Made by a program: the position numbers and the translations under genes. The notes under the pieces are model-generated. The model was not told the origin of the DNA, did no database searches, and was given only the letters and a program-made list of their open reading frames with translations. A stretch of DNA of 64,000 bases. Origin: Octopus vulgaris (Eukaryota). Shown piece after piece: positions 1 to 12,187 of this stretch (position 1 is the stretch's first letter; each line of letters opens with the position of its first letter). The stretch is from contig OX597816.1 in the NCBI GenBank assembly GCA_951406725.2, positions 61,690,001-61,754,000 of the forward strand, read 5' to 3'.

Positions 1-97
1 AAGAGCCGTAAGACTTTGAATTTTTTTCCAATAAAATATTGTATATAACTTGAGGTGTTTGACTTGCCTTATTGTTTGTGGTCCTCTTTAAAAATTA

Positions 98-240
<143 letters not shown>

Positions 241-387
241 CTATTTCATTTGTGGATTAACAAGGCAATCCATGGTTTCATATACATTAGATCTCCACAA
301 TTATTCAAACGATCCTCCTGGGAATCTGGGCACTCGTCGCCATTTTGGATTGGAATACACGAGGTTATCTATTTGGCGGTTCAGAAT

Positions 388-460
<73 letters not shown>

Positions 461-2054
461 CGAGGAGTATGTTTCGGTATAAATGCAGTTTATTTTCAGT
501 GTTTGTATCTTCTTAAATATCTTGCTACAAATCTTTCTCTTGTTTCCACCACTTACAGAACACAGTACAACGAAGAAATTGTCTACAAATATATAAATAT
601 ACAGAACACACGTATCTATGTATGTGTGTATAAATACAATCATACATATATATACATACATAGATATGTGTGTGTGTGTGTGTGTTTGTATTTATGCGTA
701 TAAACACTCACACGCTCAACCACACACGTATACACAAAATTCCATCATTTGCACCAGACTTGTTGTTGGCCTCAGGGAATATACACCTCTATTTGATAGC
801 GAAGAAATATTTCATAAAACTTTCTCTTGAATATATACCTTTTTATATTTCTTTATTCAAGTCAACGCGGCTGGTTATTTTAATAATAATTACAGAAATG
901 AAAAATCTGTTTACTAACGCTCGTAGCATTATTTAACCAGACAAAAACTAAATCATCGAACGTCAGACATAGCTTTAGACAAAGACAATTTTAGCTACGG
1001 CTTTAACCAAAATTATTGAATGAGGATCAATACCCCAACAACGCTATGGTGTTGTTTTTATTTTTATATTTTTTCTGTGCTGGAAATGTAAATTACCGAA
1101 ATAACGCATACTTTTTCACAAAAATAGCATCGAGAGAAAAATGATGCTGGTTAAAGAAAGGCAAATTTTCCTGGCAGTATGTCCTATAAATATAGAAATA
1201 TCGCCGTAACTCTACCCAAAATAGGCTTCCAAAACATATTTAAAAGTAATAAAACTAGGATGATGGACGTAACCCGTAGATCAGTTTCACACTACTATAT
1301 GGCCTATTCAGATTTTTCTCTTTTGAGCACTCGGGCAAATTGACAGTCTTGTTAGAGCATCAGTTTAAAAGTCTCGCGGTGTTTGTTCTACTTTCTGCTG
1401 CGCTCTGATTTCAAAACCCGTCGCGATTAGCTTTGCCTTTCATTCCATAAAAAATATCAACTCAAGCCAGTACTATATCGGAACTGTACTGGAACTGTAA
1501 TAAAGTAGGGTTGAATAGCTTGTACTTATTTGAGTTCAAATCACGCCGTGGCCTACTTGGGTGATAGACGAAACCCGTTGGCCAACTTACTCGTTACGCC
1601 GCCCCCACCTTGTACTTTGGGTGCGTTTAGCCAAATTCGCGGGGCAGTTGGAAGAGTTACTTGTGCATCGATCAAAATGGCTTTCGGTATTTGTTCTGGT
1701 CATCTGCGCTTTGAGTTCAAATGTTACCGCAGTCAGTTTTGCCTTTCATTTTTTTTTAGGGTCGATGAGAAGAAATCCCAATGCAAGACACTGGGTTATC
1801 GGAACTGCAAGAACGTCAGCTTGAATATTTTGCAGTAATTGTTTCGGTTCCTTGCGATTATGACAAGAAGCTTTTTTACCCATTCTACACAGCACTTTCC
1901 TTGAATAATGGAATTGAAACTGTAAGATCCTACATATAATTTTGTTTTTACTTTTATTCTCTTATTTTCCTTTACAATTCTTATATCCACTCTTTTCCAA
2001 AATAACTCCTTATATTGAACTCTACTATTTTACTCTATTTAACTCTCTCATATC

Positions 2055-2102
2055 GTCTCTGATGAGGGAATATCCCTAATATCCCAGAAACAGCTGTAAG
2101 AC
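2055..2102 (+). ncRNA. type I hammerhead ribozyme motif (minimal, Penelope-like)
   Basis: gtct-CTGATGA-ggga(a)tat..atatccc-a-GAAA-c-agct-GTA-agac. Stem I gtct/agac; stem III palindrome acagctgt; predicted GUA cleavage after 2098. Confidence 0.7.
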
Positions 2103-2384
2103 TAACTTTCGCTTTATAAATGTCCTAAAAATTCCACACAGCTTTGGCTTTGTTGTCTCATTTTATTTAAAACACATACACACACACATTTATGTATGTA
2201 TGTATGTATGTATGTATGTATGTATGTATGTATGTATGTATGTATGTATGTATGCATACATGCACGTATGTATGTATGTATGTATGTATGTATGTATGTA
2301 TGTATGTATGTATGTATGTATGTACGTATATATATTTATATATATATATATAATATATATGTATGTGTATGTATAAGCACATGT

Positions 2385-2573
2385 GAACCGTTGGCGATTT
2401 TCTTCCTCCGCCTTCTCTTCTATTGGACTTTTCTGTTTCCGAAGAAGATCATCTGCTCGAAACGTTAAACAATCTTTATTTCCTTCCCTGAGCGTCTGCT
2501 AATACTTTACATCTTTACATGTACTACGTTCTCGTGTTGTTAATTTTTTGTGTTTGTTCTTCTTTTTGGGATT

Positions 2574-2578
<5 letters not shown>
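2385..2578 (+). mobile_element. short non-coding repeat with variant hammerhead-like core, abutting (TA)n
   Basis: Homologous to 4100-4310 (-) and 25392-25540 (-). Motif tgttt-CCGAAGA-a-gatc..gctc-GAAAC-GTT-aaaca at 2434-2471. Confidence 0.6.
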
Positions 2579-2638
<60 letters not shown>

Positions 2639-2710
2639 ACCAATGCAGTCCGAAGATGGCAGAAACTTTCGAAGTCTCTGTCAATGATATTCTTATTGAA
2701 GACGAATAAA

Positions 2711-2750
<40 letters not shown>

Positions 2751-2889
2751 CACATGTCGTTTTACATACACACTGGTGCATATATATGTATATTCAATGA
2801 TGCATGTATACATTTATACATTCATATATATATATATATATGTGTGTGTGTGTATATACACACACACACACACACACACTCATACATAC

Positions 2890-2949
<60 letters not shown>

Positions 2950-3868
2950 TTGTATATGTATATTTACATACTTGGGATGCTTTCTTTGACTTAAGTATAA
3001 AATCCAATCCTTGCAGGAGGTTTGAAAAGAAAATGCAACTGTATCTGCCTTATTGAAGTATCTGGTTGTATTCCAAAGCTATCAAACTAACTCACAGTAC
3101 GCGGCATGTTTCCGTCCTGCCACACAAACATATGTTATCTCTTCGAAGTCGAGTTCCCAGAACACACATCCTATCCTCTTTCTCCCAAGTTTCATTCTTC
3201 TGGGACTCTTTTTAGCGTTAAAACTTTTCGAAAATAATACTAACTGTGTTAAACTAACACAAAAGTCGACCAATGTGCTTAGAGTGTGTTTTAGGTTTCA
3301 TTCGAAAGTAAAACAAAATCAAAATAAAATATATAAGTCAAATAACTTCAAAACTTCAAATGCTTATCGTATACGTGATTAAATGGAATCCTACAATCTA
3401 ACTTGACTAACCATCATAAATACATCAAGCGCAAGAAGAAATGGAACAGGTCCAAAAATAAACATTCTGTTTTTAATAGAAAAAACATAAAACGTGGATG
3501 ATTTCACTTGAAATAGTGATAAAGAGCGACTGTCGGTAGTTGAAAGATTCTGGTAACTACAGTAAAAAAAAAAAGAAAAAAAAAAAGCAAAACAATATTT
3601 ATAGAATACAACCTTTGGAAAGGAAGTTTTAACTCATAAAACAATACGAAACGACATATCAATGAACAGTTTTGGGTAAATATTTAGTTACAGAAATATT
3701 TACTTCCCATCCCTCGTTATACTGCGCCATCTCAAACCCACATTATTTTTATCACAGTCAAATAAAATTCTGACTTGTAGTCATAAATTATACCACACAT
3801 CGTTGTCTGAATGGGTTGACATAAGCATATACATATATGCCTATATGTATGCACAATGAAAATGTCAT

Positions 3869-3909
<41 letters not shown>

Positions 3910-4056
3910 CACATACATATATATGTATACATATTAATATTTGTTTCTCTCTTTCTCTCTCTCTCTCTCTGTATGTATATATATATATTGTTGTATTTAG
4001 GAATGGTCATTCCTAAACAATATCTGTTTCAACACACGATTTCACATAAAAAATCT

Positions 4057-4099
<43 letters not shown>

Positions 4100-4104
<5 letters not shown>

Positions 4105-4310
4105 ATCCAAACAAGAAAGCACAAAAAAACACAAGAACGCGAGGACGTGGAACAAATATAGTATTATTGGACGCTCAGGAAAGACGGAAAGCAGGAGGGT
4201 TTAACGTTTCGAGCGGAGCTCTTCGTCGGAAATATAGGAAAAGGAAAGATCCAAAGAAGGGAAGACGGAGGAAAAAAATCGCCAACGGTACACACGCGGT
4301 CAGTAGTGAA
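4100..4310 (-). mobile_element. short non-coding repeat with variant hammerhead-like core, abutting (TA)n
   Basis: Reverse complement of 4200-4232 reads ttt-CCGACGA-a-gagc-tcc-gctc-GAAAC-GTT-aaa; aligns with 2385-2578. Confidence 0.6.
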
Positions 4311-4688
4311 TGTCTGTGTAGGTGTAAGTGGTGGCGACACAAGTGGAAAAGTGGAAAAGTGGAAGTAGAAGAAAGGTAAAAGAGGACGAGGAAAAAGTGG
4401 AAGAGTCATGGACAATTTTTTTTGATTTCCAATCACGATTTCAGTGGCGTACTCCGGAAGAATGGTAACAATAATCCGTAGGTGTAACAATCCAGGAATT
4501 GGTATCCAAGGCACTCAGAGGGCCGGGGTCCGTGTGAGCGTGCGGTATATAAAGTTATATATATATATGTGTATGTATATATATATAGCATACAGAAAAT
4601 AGCACTACTACCAGTAGTCTAACAATTGTCATTCCGTAATACTGACATAGCCGTACCTGCCTTTTGGGTCTTCTGGATACCAAACCCC

Positions 4689-4750
<62 letters not shown>

Positions 4751-4753
<3 letters not shown>

Positions 4754-4976
4754 ATAATAAATATTAAGGAATAAATCCAAAATTACAGGGAAAAAATCAG
4801 ATTTAGGATTAAATCCAATTTTATAGTAAATTTTTAGATCGGAAATCCACCTGACGAATGTCATTTGAAGACATGAAACAATTGTAGTGGTGATTTATTT
4901 ACTTTATATTAAAATTTTTTATGTATTGATTACGTCTTTCCTTGTTTGATTTGCAAAATAGTGGTTTTGTCTCGAA

Positions 4977-4985
<9 letters not shown>
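4751..4985 (+). mobile_element. short relative of the 12862-15436 Penelope-like element, between (TA)n tracts
   Basis: 4751-4830 matches 12862-12940 and 4831-4985 matches 15281-15432; flanked by (TA)n on both sides. Confidence 0.75.
4847..4890 (+). ncRNA. type I hammerhead ribozyme motif
   Basis: ccac-CTGACGA-atgtc-atttgaa-gacat-GAAA-c-aatt-GTA-gtgg; stems I and II perfect, stem III palindrome acaattgt. Confidence 0.8.
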
Positions 4986-5015
<30 letters not shown>

Positions 5016-5044
5016 AGTATTACGGAAGGACCATTGTTAGACTT

Positions 5045-5350
5045 CCGGTAGTAGTGCTATTTTCTGTATGCTATATATATTTGTAAGTCCTGGTGTTTTT
5101 ATTATGTATTTGTCTGAATATATTTTTATCATACCTAATGCGCCCACTATGATAGGAATTGTTTCTGTTTTCAGACTCCACTTTCGAGTTACCTCTATAT
5201 CCAAGTTTTTGTATTTTGAAAGTTTCTCCATTTCTGTTAGATAAACGTTGTCGTCTGTTGGTATTGATACATCATTTAGAAAACATTTTTTTCTTCACGA
5301 TCTCTGACAACTATATCTGGCCTATTGGCCTTAATTTCTCTATTTGTGTG
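5045..5350 (-). mobile_element. Dong/R4-type LINE 3' fragment (REL endonuclease)
   Basis: RPDIVVRD and MEKLSKYKNLDIEVTRKWSLKTETIPIIVGALG; close to the 26587-26930 copy. Confidence 0.85.
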
Positions 5351-5576
5351 TATTAGCATATCTTGCTTTCTCGTTTTCTGTTCAAAATTACGAATATTCA
5401 TATGCAAATTTTGTATATAAGCAGATATTTACATACGGTACGTATCTATTCACTAAATCTTTCTTATTTCTTTACTGCCCACAAGGGTCTAAACACAGAG
5501 GGGACAAACAAGGACAGACAAAGGGATTAAGTCGATTACATCAACCCCAGTGCGTACCTGGTATTTAATTTATCGT

Positions 5577-5811
5577 AGGGTTGTGAGCTGGCAGAAACGT
5601 TAGCACGCCGGACGAAATGCCTAGCCGTATTTCGTCTGCCGTTACGTTCTGAGTTCAAATTCCGCTGAGGTCGACTTTACCTTTCATCTTTTCGGGGTCG
5701 ATAAATTAAGTGCCAGTTGCGCACTGGGGTCGATGTAATCGACTTAATCCGTTTGTCTATCCTTGTTTGTCCCCTCTGTGTTTAGCCCCTTGTGGGCAGT
5801 AAAGAAATAAG
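5577..5811 (+). mobile_element. tRNA-headed SINE family A
   Basis: A-box-like gagctggcagaaacgtta and B-box gagttcaaattcc; cctttcatc..ttcggggtcgataaattaagt core (resembles the Nin-SINE domain, from memory); tail ..ccccttgtgggcagtaaagaaata. Further copies near 24658, 28248, 58530, 60545, 62560 (+) and 5467, 5875, 6950, 21360 (-). Confidence 0.85.
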
Positions 5812-6481
5812 AAAGATTTAGTGAATAGATACATAAAGAAATAAGTACTTAATAGATACGTAAAGAAATATGTATTTAATTTATCGACCCCGAAAAGAAG
5901 AAAGGCAAAGTCGACCTCGGCCGAATTTGAACTGAGAATAACAATCAAATATGTTCAAAATCACGCTTGTTGCATCATATCTATCGAATATTCATATGCA
6001 AATTTTGTATATAAGCACCTATTTACATACGGTACGTATCTATTCAGTAAATCTTTCTGCCAGTAGAAACATTGTATAGAAAAATATAAACCGTAGTTTC
6101 TGGGGCATATATTTTTTATAATTAAAATTAGTCAGACCTCTCTATTTCTGTGATACGAAAGAATCAATCTCAGTAATTATGATGATTAATTTTTTAAAAT
6201 TATCATCGTATTATGAGAGACATTCTGAAAGCGTTATAACTTAAATACTTTTGAATAATGATAAATTACTTAGTTTTCTATGAGAATACATAGATATAGC
6301 AGTAACACGCCTAAATTAAAGGCACTTATTAAAGCAATGGTTTGGCAGAAACATTCGCGCTTCGAAAACGAAAACAAAAATCCCCTGCGGTAAGTGCTCC
6401 CGTTTTTTTCTTTCTTTCTATTTTTTTTTACTCACAGGCTTCAAATTCTTTTGTGCCGTTTATATTTCGGGTTCACTTTTA

Positions 6482-6745
6482 TTCTATACTATCGGTCTGT
6501 TTTGCCGAACCGCTAAGTTACGGGGACGTAAACACACCAGCATCGGTTGTCAATCGATGTTGGGGGGAAGGGGGTGGACAAACATAGACACACAAACACA
6601 CACACATACATATGTATATATATATATATATATAAATACATACGACGGGCTTCTTTCAGTTTCCGTCTACCAAATCCACTCACAAGGCTTTGGTTGGCCC
6701 GAAGCTTTAGTAGAAGACACTTGCACAAGGATTGAACCCGGTTCT
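6482..6745 (-). mobile_element. SINE family B (CORE-like, internal microsatellite), partial
   Basis: Aligns with the fuller copies at 39538-39962 and 49745-50170. Confidence 0.8.
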
Positions 6746-7395
6746 TTAAAATAAATTGTCAATTAATTACTGTGTTTTTGCTTTTTACTTTACATGATCT
6801 TTCGGACTCAAAGTCGGCCACCCGGTTTCTGTAGCGTATAAATAACCGAGATCACTACATCCTGCTGAACGGGATACCCGTTTGTTTCAGGATTCAATGC
6901 CGACAATTCTGAGGGGATGGGATAAATCAATTACATAAACACCGCCTCCAGAGTACTTGACTGGTACTTTATTTACCTCGAAGAGATGAAAGGCAGAGAT
7001 GGCTTCGGCGGAGATTGAACCCAGAAACGTAGAGTCTGAAAAAATGCCGCTAAGCATTTTGTCCGATGTGCTATCGATTCTGCCGGCAGTGCACCTCAAG
7101 TTCTAGGGTCGATTTAATTAACTGTCGATCTGTGCCCTTGGGCTAGCATGTTACAGTCGAGTCCAAATACCTTCACCACCGTGCAATTCCGACGACAAGT
7201 GGTGTAACACCCTGGCTGGAATATACTTCCGTCAGATCAATCTTATTTATCTGTAGCATTCTAAATTGTAGCCATCGCGATGCACATATACGCACGCACA
7301 CTCACACGCTCATAGACATGCTTCCTTCTAAAAGTAGACACCACTGAAGATGAGAACGCGAAAGAAAAAAAAAAGGTTAAGATGTATAGCAATAC

Positions 7396-7815
7396 TATTT
7401 CTTTATTACCCACAAAGGGCTAAACACAGAGAGGACAAGCAAGGACAGACAAAGGGATTAAGTCGATTATATCGACCCCAGTGCGTAACTGGTACTTATT
7501 TAATCGACCCTGAAAGGATGAAAGGCAAAGTCGACCTCGGCGGAATTTGAACTCAGAACGTAACGGCAGACGAAATACCTATTTCTTTACTACCCACAAG
7601 GGGCTAAACACAGAGAGGACAAGCAAGGACAGACAAAGGGATTAAGTAGTCGATTATATCGACCCCAGTTCGTAACTGGTACTTATTTAATCGACCCTGA
7701 AAGGATGAAAGGCAAAGTCTACCTCGGCCCAATTTGAACTCAGAACGTAACGGCAGACGAAATACGGCTACGCATTTCGCCCGGCTTACTAACTGTTCTG
7801 CCAGCTCGCCGCCTT
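7396..7815 (-). mobile_element. dimeric SINE family A with 21-bp TSD
   Basis: Two 184-bp-period units; TSD ggttaa(g/t)atgtatagcaatac at 7375-7395 and 7816-7836. Confidence 0.9.
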
Positions 7816-10440
7816 GGTTAATATGTATAGCAATACATCTTCATGAGTGTTTTCTTTTTGTATAGTGGCGAAAGAGCGATATATATGAAAAGAAGTGTAT
7901 TTATAACTATTAAAACATAGTTATCTTCATATCTCGACATTTGTTAAAACAATTATACAAATACAAGCAGTGTATGTTTAATTAATTATGTAGTAGATCA
8001 AAACTAACTTAAGGAATATACACCAAAGATTCCTAAGAGTCCTGGCGCGCAGATACTTTCTCTGTAAATTCCTTTGAGGGTACAACACTTGCCAAAATAT
8101 TCGGGAAATATTTAAAGGCATAATATGAATCATTGAAATTCTTGTAAGTGAGAACTTTTCGTCATTTAAACTCTAAGTTAGAATATAGGATACCTAACGG
8201 GTTTACTTTAGTATGGTTAGGTCAACTAGTGCTTAACACAGAATTCCCTGTCAGATTGCCAAATCTAGAAAACATAAAAATTATTAATTGTTAAATATTG
8301 AGACAGAGCGATTTCCTGTCTTAAACTCAATATGTATTTGTATAGCTCTTTATATAATTAGCTTATGGCTACTGTAGAATTATTTCTGAGATCATAATAA
8401 CTTTCAAAACTGAGATGAATAAAAGAAGAGCGTTGTAGTTTGCTTGAAGCATTCTAATATAACAGCCAAATAGCAAATAATGAAGACGGACAGCTCCTAA
8501 CAATGTGAAAAGGGTGTAGAACGGTTTAGAAGCGTGAGTTCGTGTATGTCCTGCTATTTTGATTCCTTACCAGGCAGTGAAGATGCACCTTTGTGCCTGA
8601 AATATATATGAAAGTTACTTAACTTTCCCTTTTCGCATTGTTAGATGAATAAATATTTATTCGAACCTTCGGCTCGGTGGTCTTTGGCCATGTGTACGGA
8701 AAATTTGGGTCATGAAAGTTTAAAGCAATGGTTTTATCAAAGAAAGTAATCCACCCAAGTTTTGAAAAAAAAAAAAAAAAAACTTTGGGAATCTAATCTG
8801 CCTATGGTAATGGAACTTGATATTCTGGGTGTTACCACGGACATGCAGGTGATCACAACAAAATATATATACAATCTCTGTAATAGAGCTGCACAGAAAC
8901 ATGGAATGGAATGTAATGACTGATTAGAAGGAAGGTCACCATTACCAACGTGAAAGTCTGAAATAGCAGAAAGCTCAGCTTTCTATCCTGAATTAATGCT
9001 TAATGACTCACTTAATTTAACCCAGGAGAAATTTCTTAAAAACATTAAACTTGATAGTGATGATACTGCGACGAGATTTCTTCATTAAAATAATATGTTG
9101 CTTGAAGAATATCTATTAAATAGATACAAACTATGAGCCATTGGGACTATGATACCATTGCAGTATGATATACGTATCATATTTCATCCACTTTCTGCCA
9201 AGATCGAAGTTCAGTACTTTCATATTCCACAAGCCTCATCCACGCTTGTTGCCACGATACAAGCAATTGCAACGAGGTTCTAAATTTGAGATTTAATATA
9301 TCAATTTATTGAATAAATTAAAATTATAGTGCAGTGTAGAATGAGCATAATCATGGATATTATGGTGGACTCCAGACATTTTGGTATCATTAGTCCTCAC
9401 CAGCGAAGCGTAGCCGGGTTGGAAAGACCATGATGGAAATTACGCATAACAAACGGAGATAATTTCCTGACAAACAAAAGCTCGATCTATTCCAGTACAG
9501 TTTTCATTTCAATTATCAATAATTCTTCTTACCTAGAACTGAATGTATAAACCTCTCTTTTGTGATCACCGTGTTCTTAGTGTTTATAAGAGAAAACACG
9601 TATTTGTTTACTTGTGAACAGTGCAGCAATATCTGAACGTTAAAATGTATTAGCATATCAGATAAACAACAAAACCTTATTTGGAACTTTTTAAATGGCT
9701 TACTCAGATGTAAGAAGGCAGTATCCATGATCATCTGCAGCCGAAGGAAAGGAGCAAGTTATCCTAAAATCAGAAATCCATGTGGAATGCAGTAAAAGTA
9801 CCCCAAAATGGGTGTTTAATTAGGGGACGGGTTAAGTCTAACACTAAAGGACAGGAATGCTCCCTTCCTCAGGCTACGCCGCAGCTTCCAATTTGCCAAA
9901 TTTTACCCACAAGTCTTTGACTGATTTAAAACTATAACGAGATTGAACTTAAAACTACTTGGTTGTAGGGCAAACTTCTTAGCCACCCAGCCTATAACGA
10001 ACTACATAAATTTACTCCATCTAATTCTATAAACTGCCAATATCTCTTAACATCATGATAATAACGTAAACAAATGAAGTTGCTGGTAATGTATTCAAAA
10101 GGGAAAATAATAGGATTATACAAGTTTTAACATCTAATCAGGTGAATGAAATAATATGTATTATAGTTGTGACGAATCGTGTATGTCGAATATCCACATC
10201 AACATGACACTCCTTTCTTGTGCTCCTTTTAACCTTTTATCAAGTTGACGGATTAGATTTTACTGGACGTTCTTGAGGAATATTCCTAATGTAACTTAGA
10301 TTTATGTCTGATTAATACTCCATTGATTTCGACTTCGAAATATAGGGTATAATTGTAGTGCTATACAACCGAGCTGATGTGGAAGCTTCTACATGTTCGC
10401 GCGGTTTGTTAGAAAGAGCAAGAAAATCTTACTCGAATTA

Positions 10441-10756
10441 AAACGATAAACGTCGCCCTTTTCAAGCCTATCCAGGCTCACGGGCCCGGTTCCCCGGTTT
10501 CTGTGGCGTATTTGTCCCCCCCACAGCTGGACGGGACGCTAGTCCATCGCAGCGTTACTCAAGAAACAGGAAAAGAGAGTGAGAGAAAGCTGTGGCAAAA
10601 GAGTACAACAGGGGTCGCCCCGCCTCTGCCGGAGCCTCATGGAGCTTTTAGGTGTTTTCGCTCAATAAACACACACCACGCCCGGTCTGGGAATCGAAAC
10701 CGCGATCCTTCGACCGCGATTCCGCTGCCCTAACCACTGGGCCATTGCGCCTCCAC
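10441..10756 (-). mobile_element. tRNA-headed SINE family C (V/Meta-like body) with 11-bp TSD
   Basis: Head gtggaggcgcaatggcccagtggttagggcagcgg..ggtttcgattccc; body gctgcgatggactagcgtcccgtccag; TSD tactcgaatta at 10430-10440 and 10757-10767. Confidence 0.85.
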
Positions 10757-11536
10757 TACTCGAATTACACTTACTTAAAAAACGAAATGAGTTTCTTAAT
10801 TAGACACTGTCCTTCCTGATAGAAAAAAAAAGGCTGGTTACCTCTTTGAGAAGAGATCTCCCTGAAAATGGTATTTAGTGTTGTTAAACAGCAACAATAT
10901 CAACAGCAACAATAACTGCTGCTATACAATAGTTCTCAGAGAAATTAGTACCAGTCGATATGGTTATTCGTAGAAACCTTGATGTTTTAGAATTGCAGAT
11001 TGGTGGCATCTGTAGGGAATCGGACAAAATGCTTTTGGTAATTTAGTTTTAATTTCGTTGCTTTATTCTTTGATTTCAAAACCCATCATCGATTTTGCCA
11101 TTCATCGTTACAAGCTTTAAGTGCTGAAGGCAATATAATCGACGATACTCCTTCTGAAGTTAGCGGTTTTATGTTTCATGATAGAATAAATTTAGAATGG
11201 GATAATATTTATAAGATACCCCTAGAGTACTCCAACCCATCCCTCTACGCTCTGAATAGTATCAGGAATTCTTTCTATTAACAAGAAGCAGGTTTCTAAC
11301 AAGGAAACGAAGCTTCATCGAATGCATAATTTTTAAAAAATAGGAAATGTTTTGCTTACTTTCAATTTCGCGCTCAATTTTGATTTCCCAAGGGCAATGT
11401 ATTTACATTCTTTGCATGAAATCTCCACCGTATTATGTCTATTTTGAATATATTTCACTAAAATTATTGTTAGAAGGACTGGGCTTCAACCTAGAAACAA
11501 TTCTCTTTAATCGGAATTTTCACAATTTAAAGTTGG

Positions 11537-11623
11537 TATGTATGTATGTATGTATGTATGTATGTATGTATGTATGTATGTATGTATGCATGTATGTATG
11601 TATGTATATATAAATATATACAT

Positions 11624-11674
<51 letters not shown>

Positions 11675-11998
11675 TGTATGCATAAATATATATATGCAGG
11701 AATGTATATAAATATATACGCAAGTATGTATATATGTATATATATGTATATATATATGTGTATATATATATGTGTGTATATATGTGTATATATATCTATG
11801 TATGTACATATATATACATGTATATATATGCATATATATATGTACATATATATGTATATATATATCTATGTATATATGTATATATATAAATATATGTATA
11901 TATATATATATACGTATCTATGTATGTATATATATATGTATGTATATATATATATATATGCGTGTGTGTATATATATATACATACCTATATATATATG
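11537..11998. repeat. degenerate (TATG)n/(CA)n/(TA)n low-complexity tract
   Basis: Direct reading. Confidence 0.95.
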
Positions 11999-12077
11999 TT
12001 CTCTATTTAATATCGAGGCCATTCTTTTGTTGGTACTTTTTATTGTCATTATATATGTCCATATATGTATATATCTC

Positions 12078-12187
12078 CTTTACTGATGAACGCGTTGGCC
12101 TTTGGAAGATTGACTTGATTAAGTTTAATTTAATTTAATCGGGCTGGTTTACCATTAAAAAACGCTGAAACAATGCATTGTCTAAAG
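12078..12187 (+). ncRNA. type I hammerhead ribozyme with long stem II
   Basis: cttta-CTGATGA(12083-12089)-77-nt extended hairpin (gcgtt/aacgc; cttgattaagtt/aatttaatcggg)-GAAA(12167)-caatgcatt-GTC(12180-12182)-taaag. Confidence 0.8.

Noticed and set aside
2645-2685. CCGAAGA followed by hairpin tggcaga..tctgtca next to (TA)n
   Set aside because: No GAAA or cleavage triplet follows; at best a truncated relic.
7341-7366. CTGAAGA..GAAA string
   Set aside because: No complementary stems.
8380-9835. Possible ancient piggyBac transposase traces (RITNGDNFLT, RCKKAVS, gggTTAA end)
   Set aside because: Motifs too short and degenerate, with no matching left TIR.
10690-10756. tRNA-like sequences with A/B boxes (also 38189, 29119, 49745)
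   Set aside because: SINE heads continuing into repeat bodies with TSDs; no complete cloverleaf.
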